Positions 7,322-15,703 of a stretch of DNA of 39,690 bases are shown here, one piece after another. This DNA comes from Candidatus Woesearchaeota archaeon. GTDB lineage: Archaea > Nanobdellota > Nanobdellia > SCGC-AAA011-G17 > JACQNH01. The stretch's first letter is position 1, and every line of letters starts with the position of its first letter. The notes under the pieces were generated by a model that saw nothing but the letters and a program-made list of their open reading frames with translations, made no database searches and was not told the DNA's origin. The DNA is taken from NCBI GenBank assembly GCA_016203175.1, contig JACQNH010000005.1, positions 1 to 39,690 of the forward strand, written 5' to 3'. Both the position numbers and the translations under genes were made by a program.

Positions 7322-9016
7322 CTAAAATGTTCTAGGTGGGCTCTTTCTAAAGAACAATACCTTTACTAGACCTATAGCAATTAGTATCAAAACTATATCG
7401 GCTATAATCCATATTGCAGTATTATTCTCTTTGAAGAAGCTACTTGCATCAGAAACTTCTTTTGCTTCAACCTTGCTAGATTCAACGCTAACATCTACAG
7501 CTTGGCTTGTTACTACAGAATTACCAGCTTTAATCTCGACTACTGCTGAATTCTGTCCAAGTTTAGCATCATCTTTAGCAACTAAATTGAACACAACAGA
7601 CGAAGTAGCACCTGAAGTTAATGTTACACTCTTGCTTCCAACACTGTTTGCCCAGTCAGCATCAACATTAACAGTAAATGTTGCTTCCTGGTTTCCAGTA
7701 TTAACTACATTAACACCTAAACTTGTACTTCCGCCTTGTTTTACATCTATTTTACTAGATGCAAGAGACAATGTTGCAGATTGCTTTGAAGTTCCTGTAG
7801 TTCCAGTTATAGTTTTTACCCCAGGTTTATCACAATTTACATTCAAAACAACTGCCTGGTTATCACTTAATTTACTCTGGTCATAGAATGTTCTTACTTC
7901 TATAGTATAAGCTCCAGATTCTAAAGCAGCAAGTATGGGAATATTAAACAAAGAACTATCCCCATCATCCTCATCCAATTCTATATCTATTATCTTTTTA
8001 TTAAAGTTTAATTTTGGAGCATCTATTTCTATAGCAACTTCATCTTCATCAGATTTACCAATATTTACATAGCTAACTAATAATCTTGCATTACTAGCCT
8101 CACACCCAACTTTATCTGGACTTAATGTTGTCGACTTAATTGCAATTTCATGGCTTTCTCTTTCAACTTTAAATCTTATTTTAACTTTTTGACCATGCTT
8201 TGCATTAAAATCATCCTTACCTGATAAAGTCAATTCAACGTTGTAAGTTCCATCATCAGTATCTTCATCAACATCAAATTCAAAAGATCCTGTTTGAGTA
8301 TCATCAGAGCTAATATCAAAGTCATCATCTTCATCTAAATCTAATTTACTTTCTAAGCTCTTAACCTTAAATTCAACATCATCAATATCGACATTAGCAC
8401 TATCACTATACTCATTCTCAAGTTCAAATTCAATTCTTACATTATCACCAGGTTTAACATCTTCAACTTCATCATTTTCCTCATCAGCAGTTTGAGATTT
8501 ACCTCTAACCTTCCATTTAACACTTTTAATTGTCAACTGATTCTTTCTCTGCATATTAATATCAACAGAGCTGCTTGTTATTTTAGTTCCATTCTCAGTA
8601 GCATTAACAACTAAACTTCCAACCTTAAATGCAACAGCAGCTAAATTAGAATCAACAGCAGCTAAATTTTTAGGAGCTTTAACTCTAAATGTAATTGTAC
8701 CACTTGCACCTGCAGCCAAACTTGTTGGAGCACTATCAATTCCAACTGTACTTAATAAAATATCAGAACCAAAAGTAGAAACTGCAGTTACAGAATCAAT
8801 ACCCAAATTTGTAACAGTAAATGTTCCATTATTTGTAACCGTTAAAGTTCCAGTTAAATTAATTACCTGTGAACTAGTACTATCATGATTTGGATTACTA
8901 ACATCACTTGTACTACTACCAACAGTTAAAGTTCCAACTTGTAAAGCAGCACTTACGCTTGTAGCTAGTAAAACTAAAACAAATAAACTCAATAATATTA
9001 TTCTATTCATCTTCAT
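7322..9016 (-). CDS. Surface (S-layer-like) protein: Sec signal peptide, beta-rich repeats, C-terminal TM plus basic tail
   Basis: Start moved to ATG 9016 (MKMNRIILLSLFVLVLLATSVSA) because GGAGGTGGTGGGAG lies 8 nt upstream. Thr/Ser/Val-rich and acidic beta-type modules. Ends ...IWIIADIVLILIAIGLVKVLFFRKSPPRTF. Confidence 0.7.
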   Translation of the reverse strand: MKMNRIILLSLFVLVLLATSVSAALQVGTLTVGSSTSDVSNPNHDSTSSQVINLTGTLTVTNNGTFTVTNLGIDSVTAVSTFGSDILLSTVGIDSAPTSLAAGASGTITFRVKAPKNLAAVDSNLAAVAFKVGSLVVNATENGTKITSSSVDINMQRKNQLTIKSVKWKVRGKSQTADEENDEVEDVKPGDNVRIEFELENEYSDSANVDIDDVEFKVKSLESKLDLDEDDDFDISSDDTQTGSFEFDVDEDTDDGTYNVELTLSGKDDFNAKHGQKVKIRFKVERESHEIAIKSTTLSPDKVGCEASNARLLVSYVNIGKSDEDEVAIEIDAPKLNFNKKIIDIELDEDDGDSSLFNIPILAALESGAYTIEVRTFYDQSKLSDNQAVVLNVNCDKPGVKTITGTTGTSKQSATLSLASSKIDVKQGGSTSLGVNVVNTGNQEATFTVNVDADWANSVGSKSVTLTSGATSSVVFNLVAKDDAKLGQNSAVVEIKAGNSVVTSQAVDVSVESSKVEAKEVSDASSFFKENNTAIWIIADIVLILIAIGLVKVLFFRKSPPRTF

Positions 9017-9066
9017 TTTCTTAACTCCCACCACCTCCGATACTATTGCGTAGTTGTAACCCATAT

Positions 9067-10626
9067 TTAAATCTTACGGTTTAATCCTGATAATAATAAC
9101 AAGATTACTATTAATACTATTACAGTGCTAATTACAACATTAAAATTAATTTCTTCTTTTTCAACGCTCTCAACATCAACATTAAATAAAACACTATCTA
9201 TTATATTCCCATCAATAATTAAGTTAACAACACCGCTAAAACTACCTTGAACAACATCTTTAGCTTTAATAAAAAAATAATTAGTTTTACTTTCACCAGG
9301 ATTTAATTGAATTAAACTATCACCAGATATTAAATCTCCAAATTTAGCTATATTTTGAACATCCAAGTTAATTATTTTACTAATCTTTAAATCATTCTTA
9401 ACATTTATTGCTAAACTAAAGCTATCCCCAGATTTAACATCTATATTCTTTTGAATTAAACTTCCTTTAATACCTGAAACTTTAATTAACTCTGTAGGCT
9501 TTTCCTTATCGCAATTTACAATAAAAGTTTTACTTTTCTTATTGCTAGAACCATCAAAAACAACCTCCCCTTCTAAAACATAATTTCCAGGCTTAGCATT
9601 TTGAGGTATTTTAACATCAAAGTTTATAACCTCCTCATTTTTAGGGTCTTTATCATTACTATCTGCATCCTTCAATCTAATTTGATTAGAAACTTGACTA
9701 ATCCCTAATAATTCATTTAAAATTTTAACACTTACATCTTGATCCTTTTTACCAATATTTTCTATATCAAATTTAACACCTAAAATATCCCCGCATTCCA
9801 CAGTACTCGGAGTTAAACTCATTCCTTCAATAACAACATCGCTTGATTTTCTATCCAAATCCACATTAACGAATTCCTCATAACAATTTAATGTTTCCCT
9901 ATCAGGATCTTCTACCGCTTTTAAAAATAAAATATACTTGTCATTTTCATCAATCTCAGTTGTAGGAACAGTAATAAAAAATTCAAAATCTACATCAGCA
10001 CCATCTCTTATTTCTTTAACCTCACTTTTAGCCCTTACAATACTATCCCTTTCATCTATATTAAATAAATCAGCCTCAACTTGAACATCTAAATCATCAG
10101 TTCCAATATTCTCAACCTCTGCTTTAATCTTAATCTGATCTCCAGGATTAAAATTATCATTATTATCAGGGTCTTTAATTTTAACAATTAAATTTCCTTT
10201 TATCCCGTTACTACATCTATCCAAACCACTAGTAAGCAATGTCCTATCATCAACTTTTAATGTATATTGATTAATTATATTATCACTATTATTTACGCTA
10301 TTAGTAAAAGTAAAGCTTCCCTTATAATCCCCTAAATCAACATTAGTGGGGATATTAAACTTAAAACTAACTGCTTTAGTCTCAGAAGCAGCCAATATTA
10401 TATCACTAAAACTTCCAGGTGTTATTATTGTATTATTATTTTTTAAGTCACTTGCTGCAACTTTTAATGTTATACTAGAATTGCCATTAACAATAGTTGC
10501 ATTGATCTGTACGTCTTCACCCCTAAAACCAGAACCAACTACAAAATTATTAATAGAAAAACTAGCAGCGCTAACTAAACCACTAAATAAAACAACTAAA
10601 ATCAAAGTTATCGTTATTAATCTCAT
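9067..10626 (-). CDS. Surface protein, paralog of the downstream gene (signal peptide, C-terminal TM plus basic tail)
   Basis: Signal MRLITITLILVVLFSGLVSA (ATG 10626 preceded by a GGGGGG run; alternative ATG at 10644). Shares module style with 7322-9016 (PGDQIKIKAEVENIG vs PGDNVRIEFELENEY; FIVNCDKEKP vs VLNVNCDKPG). Ends ...VVISTVIVLIVILLLLSGLNRKI. Confidence 0.7.
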   Translation of the reverse strand: MRLITITLILVVLFSGLVSAASFSINNFVVGSGFRGEDVQINATIVNGNSSITLKVAASDLKNNNTIITPGSFSDIILAASETKAVSFKFNIPTNVDLGDYKGSFTFTNSVNNSDNIINQYTLKVDDRTLLTSGLDRCSNGIKGNLIVKIKDPDNNDNFNPGDQIKIKAEVENIGTDDLDVQVEADLFNIDERDSIVRAKSEVKEIRDGADVDFEFFITVPTTEIDENDKYILFLKAVEDPDRETLNCYEEFVNVDLDRKSSDVVIEGMSLTPSTVECGDILGVKFDIENIGKKDQDVSVKILNELLGISQVSNQIRLKDADSNDKDPKNEEVINFDVKIPQNAKPGNYVLEGEVVFDGSSNKKSKTFIVNCDKEKPTELIKVSGIKGSLIQKNIDVKSGDSFSLAINVKNDLKISKIINLDVQNIAKFGDLISGDSLIQLNPGESKTNYFFIKAKDVVQGSFSGVVNLIIDGNIIDSVLFNVDVESVEKEEINFNVVISTVIVLIVILLLLSGLNRKI

Positions 10627-10727
10627 TTTCCCCCCAAAGTACAACTGCAGAGTGGTATAACTATATTTAAACCTTTCGAAAAAAGTTTTGAGAAAATATT
10701 ATAAATTAAAAAGTCAAAGCATTCTTT

Positions 10728-11765
10728 ATGAAAAAATTTTATCTCCTACTATTATTAACAACTTTACTAATTTCTTGTTCACAAACAGATCAAAATAAAA
10801 TTAAAATTGGAGCAATATTACCATTAACTGGACCATATGCAGTAGCAGGTATAGATGCTAAGAACGCTATAGATCTTGCTTTAGAAGAGATTGGTAATAA
10901 AATTCAAGTAATTTATGAGGACAGTGGTGGAGAAAATTCAAAAGCAGTTTCATCTTTTAATAAATTAGTTAACTTAGATAATTCAAAAATAGTTATTACT
11001 TCAACAAGTTGGATTAGTAATACGCTATATTCTCAGGCAATTGATTCTAATGTTTTACAAGCAGTCATAGCAAGCGCAGGATTCACAAGGGCCAAAGAAA
11101 AAGATAAAGCAATCAGATTTACTGTGGCTGTTAAAGAAGAAGCTCAATATCTAAAAGATTATTTAAAAAAATTTAACAGAATAGCTGTTTTTTATCTTAA
11201 CAATGATTTTGGTAAGTTTTGGGCAGACGAAATAAAGAATGAATTTCAAGATAAAGTAGTAGCTTTAGAAAGTAGATCTCCAACAGATATAGATATGAAA
11301 GCGCAATTTGCTAAAATCAAAGATTCAAATCCAGATATATTATTTTTAGGTAATGGTGGAGGCCCAGCTGCTTTAGATGTAAGAAAAGCAAAAGAGCTTG
11401 GAATAAATGCTCAAATTGTTGGTTCAAGACCAATAGAATCTCAAGAAGTAATTCAAGAAAAAGCTACAGAGGGTTTAATATTTTCCTCTCCAGATTACAA
11501 TCAAGATCATCCAATAATTTCAAAATACAAATCAAAATATAATAAAGAACCTACTATATTTGCAGTAGAGGCCTATGATACAATAATGACATTAGCAAAA
11601 GCAACAGAAAATTGTAAAGAAGATACAACATGCATATACAATTGGCATTTAAACAAAGAATACGAAGGTATTTTAGGAAAAATAAATTTTGATGAAAAAG
11701 CAAATGCTCATTATCCATTTATCTTAAAACAAGTCAAAGATGGAAAATTTATTCTTTATGAATAG
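10728..11765 (+). CDS. Type-1 periplasmic-binding-protein-fold solute-binding lipoprotein (LivJ/branched-chain amino acid-like)
   Basis: Signal peptide with lipobox-like LLISC. IGAILPLTGPYAVAG start and alternating alpha/beta pattern typical of Leu/Ile/Val-binding SBPs. No permease or ATPase genes are adjacent. Confidence 0.65.
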   Translation: MKKFYLLLLLTTLLISCSQTDQNKIKIGAILPLTGPYAVAGIDAKNAIDLALEEIGNKIQVIYEDSGGENSKAVSSFNKLVNLDNSKIVITSTSWISNTLYSQAIDSNVLQAVIASAGFTRAKEKDKAIRFTVAVKEEAQYLKDYLKKFNRIAVFYLNNDFGKFWADEIKNEFQDKVVALESRSPTDIDMKAQFAKIKDSNPDILFLGNGGGPAALDVRKAKELGINAQIVGSRPIESQEVIQEKATEGLIFSSPDYNQDHPIISKYKSKYNKEPTIFAVEAYDTIMTLAKATENCKEDTTCIYNWHLNKEYEGILGKINFDEKANAHYPFILKQVKDGKFILYE

Positions 11766-11825
11766 AAAAGTGTATAAATTCAGAAAATTCATAATAATCT
11801 GATTAATATAAGAGGAGATAAGATA

Positions 11826-11945
11826 ATGCTTATTGAAAAAGGTTTGGTAATAAAATCATTTGCAAAGCTTGATGATAAAACCTTTGATGATTTAATTAAA
11901 GAAATAATGAATCTTATCAAAAGAAATAACATTAATAACCTTTAA
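11826..11945 (+). CDS. Small ORF (39 aa), hypothetical
   Basis: AGGAGA lies 8 nt upstream of the ATG. Product MLIEKGLVIKSFAKLDDKTFDDLIKEIMNLIKRNNINNL. Below the track cutoff. Confidence 0.25.
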   Translation: MLIEKGLVIKSFAKLDDKTFDDLIKEIMNLIKRNNINNL

Positions 11946-11969
11946 AAGCAATTTCTCAATTCTAAAACT

Positions 11970-13265
11970 ATGAAATCCTGGTCCAGAAGAAAGAATATAT
12001 TGGCATTAGCGTATCCTAATACCGAATACTGTGGTGTTTATTCATTAGGTCTAAGAATAATCTCCAATCAAGTAAATTCAAAAGAAAATTGGTTTACAAC
12101 CCTACATTACACAGATAAAAATAACTTAAAAGCTGAAAACTTTATTGGTTTTTCATTTCAATACGAACCAGATTACCTAAATTTCTTTAATATGCTAAAA
12201 GAAAACAACATCCCATTAGAAAAAGAGAAAAGGCAACAAATAATATTCGCAGGAGGTCCTTGTATTAATCAGAATCCTTTCACTTTAAAAAAATATCTAG
12301 ACTTTATGGTTTTAGGAGACTCAGAAGTGGTTATACCTAAAATCCTAGAAGTATATGAAAGAACAGAATCCAAAGAAGAATTCCTAAATGAAATCTCTAA
12401 AATAATTGGCGTTTTTATCCCAGATTTAAATGAACCAACATATGCTGTTTTAAATAATTTAGATGAAGTTCCTTATCCAATAAAACAGGAATATCCAGAA
12501 AATTTAGATAAAAATTTTGTTTTCGGAAAAGCTTTACTATTAGAAATAGAAAGAGGCTGTCCATATAGATGTAAATTCTGCGTTATTCCAACAACATATC
12601 CTAAAATTCGTTATAGATCCTATGAAAAATTAATACGAATTATAGATGAAGGGATTAAATTAAATAAAGCAGATAAAGTTGCTATTTACGCAGCTTCATT
12701 CACACACCCAAAAAGAGCAGATTTCTTGAATTACATGCTTAAAAAAGGAATTAAGTTTATTGTTCCATCCACAAAAGTCGAATTCTTAAATGAAGAAATA
12801 ATGAAACTAATAAAAGAAAACGGTCAGACATCTTTAACAATAGCCCCAGAAGCGGACGAAATAACAAGAAGAGCGGTTAATAAATTCACTTCTGATAATA
12901 GATTCTTTGAATTTGCAAAATTAGCTAAAAAATTAAATTTCAAAAAAATAAAAATGTATTTATTATATGGAATCCCAAATCAAGAAATTAATGATTTAGG
13001 AAAAACCATAGACTTTATTAAAAAAATGAAAGAAATTTTCCCAAATATCTATCCATCAATTAATCCAGTAGTCCCAAAGCCAAAAACACAATTTGACGGC
13101 CTACCATTTAATAAAAAAATTCTAAAGCAGCAAGCTAAATTCCTAAAAAAAGAACTAAATAAATTAAATATAGATTATAAAATAGAATCAATCCGCACTG
13201 CTTATAATGAATATTTATTAGCAAATACAAAAGATTTAACGCCTGACTTCTTCAGAAGCTTTTAA
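11970..13265 (+). CDS. Radical SAM protein with N-terminal B12-binding-like domain
   Basis: CPYRCKFCVIP (CxxxCxxC) after a Rossmann-like N-terminal domain (IIFAGGPC...VLGDSE). Confidence 0.7.
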   Translation: MKSWSRRKNILALAYPNTEYCGVYSLGLRIISNQVNSKENWFTTLHYTDKNNLKAENFIGFSFQYEPDYLNFFNMLKENNIPLEKEKRQQIIFAGGPCINQNPFTLKKYLDFMVLGDSEVVIPKILEVYERTESKEEFLNEISKIIGVFIPDLNEPTYAVLNNLDEVPYPIKQEYPENLDKNFVFGKALLLEIERGCPYRCKFCVIPTTYPKIRYRSYEKLIRIIDEGIKLNKADKVAIYAASFTHPKRADFLNYMLKKGIKFIVPSTKVEFLNEEIMKLIKENGQTSLTIAPEADEITRRAVNKFTSDNRFFEFAKLAKKLNFKKIKMYLLYGIPNQEINDLGKTIDFIKKMKEIFPNIYPSINPVVPKPKTQFDGLPFNKKILKQQAKFLKKELNKLNIDYKIESIRTAYNEYLLANTKDLTPDFFRSF

Positions 13266-13381
13266 GAAATCTTTTTAGAACCTTTCACATATTTAGGAAC
13301 ATAAGGACAATTCTTGCATCTATTTCCACAACATTCTCCTTGCTTAATTAAGTCCTCCCTACTCATAGCTTCAAATTCCAT
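13262..13381 (-). CDS. Small Cys-rich protein (CCGxxCxxCPY motif, DUF5522-like)
   Basis: 39-aa ORF MEFEAMSREDLIKQGECCGNRCKNCPYVPKYVKGSKKIS. Its stop overlaps the stop of the convergent radical SAM gene. Assignment to the small CxxCPY families is from memory. Confidence 0.4.
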   Translation of the reverse strand: MEFEAMSREDLIKQGECCGNRCKNCPYVPKYVKGSKKIS

Positions 13382-13413
13382 AGAAAAAGTCTAAAATTTA
13401 AATTATATAAATA

Positions 13414-13992
13414 TTATTGAAAATAACTTAAAAGATAATTTAAAACAATTTTAAAATATTTCAAAAATAAATAACCGATTACATATCCAATTAAACCTCC
13501 GAATAAAACATCACTCAAATAATGAAATCCAGCATATACCCTTACACTAGCAATTAAAATACAAACTAAAATCCAAAAATAACCCAATCTTTTATCAACA
13601 CTAAAAATAAATGGAAGCATGGAAAAAGCTGCAGCAGTATGCCAACTTGGAAAACTTTTATTAAAAGACATAAACCCATAATCGAAGCCATTTAATTTAG
13701 CATTCTCTAAAACTTCAAAAGGTCTTGTACGATTAATAAAGTATTTTAAAACAAGTATAACAAACCCAGTAGTTAAAAATGCAAAAATAGCACTTAAAAT
13801 CTTCTTCTTATCGCTAAAATACAAAAGTAAAGAAGTAAAAATCAATAATAAATAGTCTTTTAAAATCAAATAAGCATATTTAAAAAATATATTCAAAGCA
13901 TCAAATCTAAAACCAAATATAAAGGTGCTAAAGCTTTTATCTATAAAAAAACTTAAAGCAATCAACACAAGTACTAATATAATATAAATCAT
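13414..13992 (-). CDS. PAP2-family lipid phosphate phosphatase
   Basis: All three PAP2 motifs are present: KYFINRTRP (KxxxxxxRP), PSWH (PSGH-like), SRVYAGFHYLSD (SRxxxxxHxxxD). The track start at 14049 is TTG, only 4 nt from the divergent ATG at 14054; the first ATG is 13992. Confidence 0.8.
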   Translation of the reverse strand: MIYIILVLVLIALSFFIDKSFSTFIFGFRFDALNIFFKYAYLILKDYLLLIFTSLLLYFSDKKKILSAIFAFLTTGFVILVLKYFINRTRPFEVLENAKLNGFDYGFMSFNKSFPSWHTAAAFSMLPFIFSVDKRLGYFWILVCILIASVRVYAGFHYLSDVLFGGLIGYVIGYLFLKYFKIVLNYLLSYFQ

Positions 13993-14053
13993 CAAATACA
14001 ACTTAAAAAATGGATATAAAAATGTTTTTATACCTAATTTAATCCCCAATAAA

Positions 14054-15109
14054 ATGATAATTAACTTACTAACCTCATTAAGATTAATATTAATACCTTT
14101 TATATTCTATCTTTTAATAAAATCTGATTTTAAGATAGCTTTAACCTTAATAATTATAGCAGCTATAACAGATATAATTGATGGATTTTTAGCAAGAAAA
14201 TTCAAAAAAACAACGAAATTAGGAAAATTTTTAGATCCTTTAGCAGATAAATTATTAATATTTTTTATTTTAATTGCATTATTACTAAACAAAAATTTAT
14301 CTTTAGTAGAATTATTTCTTGTTCTAATAAGAGACGTTGCTGTTGCTCTATTTGTTCTTATAATGGCTATAGAAAAAAGAATTAAAAAAATAGATTTGCC
14401 TTTAACAAAAACAGGAAAATTTACAACATTCTCGCAGTTTTTATTTATTTTAAGCATTTTATTAAACATAGTTTATTTAAGAGAACTATTCCTGATTACA
14501 ACAATAATCTTATCTATAACCGCAACAATAGAATATGGTAAGAAAGTTAAAAAATATATTTTCTCTTTAAAACAAACATCAATAGAAATTTTAAAATTCT
14601 TTTTAGCTTTATTACTAGCAATTTTCTATAAAGTTTTTTACATAATTTTTACACCTTTAACAATATACCCAACATATATAATCTCAAATATTTTTTTCAA
14701 CGCAAGTTTAGTAAATAAATTTTTAATTATAGATTCCATAAAATTTGAATTCATTCCAGCTTGTATTGCAGCCTCAGCATATTTCCTTTTAACAATACTA
14801 ATATTAACTACAAAAGGAATAGATTTTAAAAAATGCCTTAAATTATTCATCATAGGTTCATTACTAATACTAATTGCAAATATAATAAGATTAGAATTCT
14901 TAATATATTTATTCAAAAATTATTCAATAGAAGTATTTAACACCATACATTTGATTATCTGGAAAGTCTTAGCTAGCATCTATGTTGTTCTAGTTTGGAT
15001 ATTCTTAACAAAATACTACAAAATAAAAGAAATCCCAGTTATTTCAACTTTAAAACAATTTTATAAACTATCTTTATTTAAAAAAAAGCTACCTAAGTAC
15101 AAATCTTAA
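14054..15109 (+). CDS. Fusion protein: CDP-alcohol phosphatidyltransferase (N) plus exosortase/archaeosortase-like domain (C)
   Basis: Res 40-65, DIIDGFLARKFKKTTKLGKFLDPLAD, is an exact D-x2-DG-x2-AR-x8-G-x3-D-x3-D match. From about res 175 a second polytopic module carries C237 (IPACIAAS), R279 (IANIIRLEF) and H299 (NTIHLIIW) in the order and spacing expected for exosortase-family transpeptidases. Confidence 0.6.
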   Translation: MIINLLTSLRLILIPFIFYLLIKSDFKIALTLIIIAAITDIIDGFLARKFKKTTKLGKFLDPLADKLLIFFILIALLLNKNLSLVELFLVLIRDVAVALFVLIMAIEKRIKKIDLPLTKTGKFTTFSQFLFILSILLNIVYLRELFLITTIILSITATIEYGKKVKKYIFSLKQTSIEILKFFLALLLAIFYKVFYIIFTPLTIYPTYIISNIFFNASLVNKFLIIDSIKFEFIPACIAASAYFLLTILILTTKGIDFKKCLKLFIIGSLLILIANIIRLEFLIYLFKNYSIEVFNTIHLIIWKVLASIYVVLVWIFLTKYYKIKEIPVISTLKQFYKLSLFKKKLPKYKS

Positions 15110-15679
15110 AAGAAGATGACTAACCAGACTTTTAAAAGCCTTAAAATATTGTCCTTCCTCTTTAAACACTTCAGCCAAAAACAAATCTGAAAATTTTAAA
15201 GTATTCTCAACAAATATTTTTTTGGGAGTACAAATAGACTTATAATTTGGCATTCTTATCAAATCCCGAGCATGCTTTTTTGCTTCTTGAAAATCCTTAA
15301 CAGCATTTTCAAGTAGATTATTATCCTTATTAATTAAACCAGTTGCATAATAACATCTACCCAGACCAAACCAAGCAGGAGGATTTACACAATAATCTTT
15401 AACCTCATGATCAAGTATTCCACTAGCATTATCATAAACTTCCAACTCTAAAAAGGACAATCCTAAAATAGTCCTATCATCATGATGAGTCCACCCTGTC
15501 ATAGAGGTATTATCCAATTTTTCCTCATCATGTAATAATATTACCTTAAAATTCCTAAGTGCATTAAAATATTCTCTGCCTACAAAATAATTTATACCCA
15601 ACAACCTTCTAGCAACTATATTCCCTGGTTCTTTTCTTAATAAATCCCTTAAATAATCTATTTCCTTTTCCCTTAGCAT
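15089..15679 (-). CDS. Hypothetical protein, possibly TPR-like helical repeats
   Basis: Helical-repeat-like segments (ARRLLGINYFVGREYFNALRNF; WFGLGRCYYATGL...AVKDFQEAKK). The 3' end overlaps the convergent gene by 21 nt. Confidence 0.4.
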   Translation of the reverse strand: MLREKEIDYLRDLLRKEPGNIVARRLLGINYFVGREYFNALRNFKVILLHDEEKLDNTSMTGWTHHDDRTILGLSFLELEVYDNASGILDHEVKDYCVNPPAWFGLGRCYYATGLINKDNNLLENAVKDFQEAKKHARDLIRMPNYKSICTPKKIFVENTLKFSDLFLAEVFKEEGQYFKAFKSLVSHLLLRFVLR

Positions 15680-15703
15680 AAACTTAAAATAGTTAGGTAA
15701 TAT

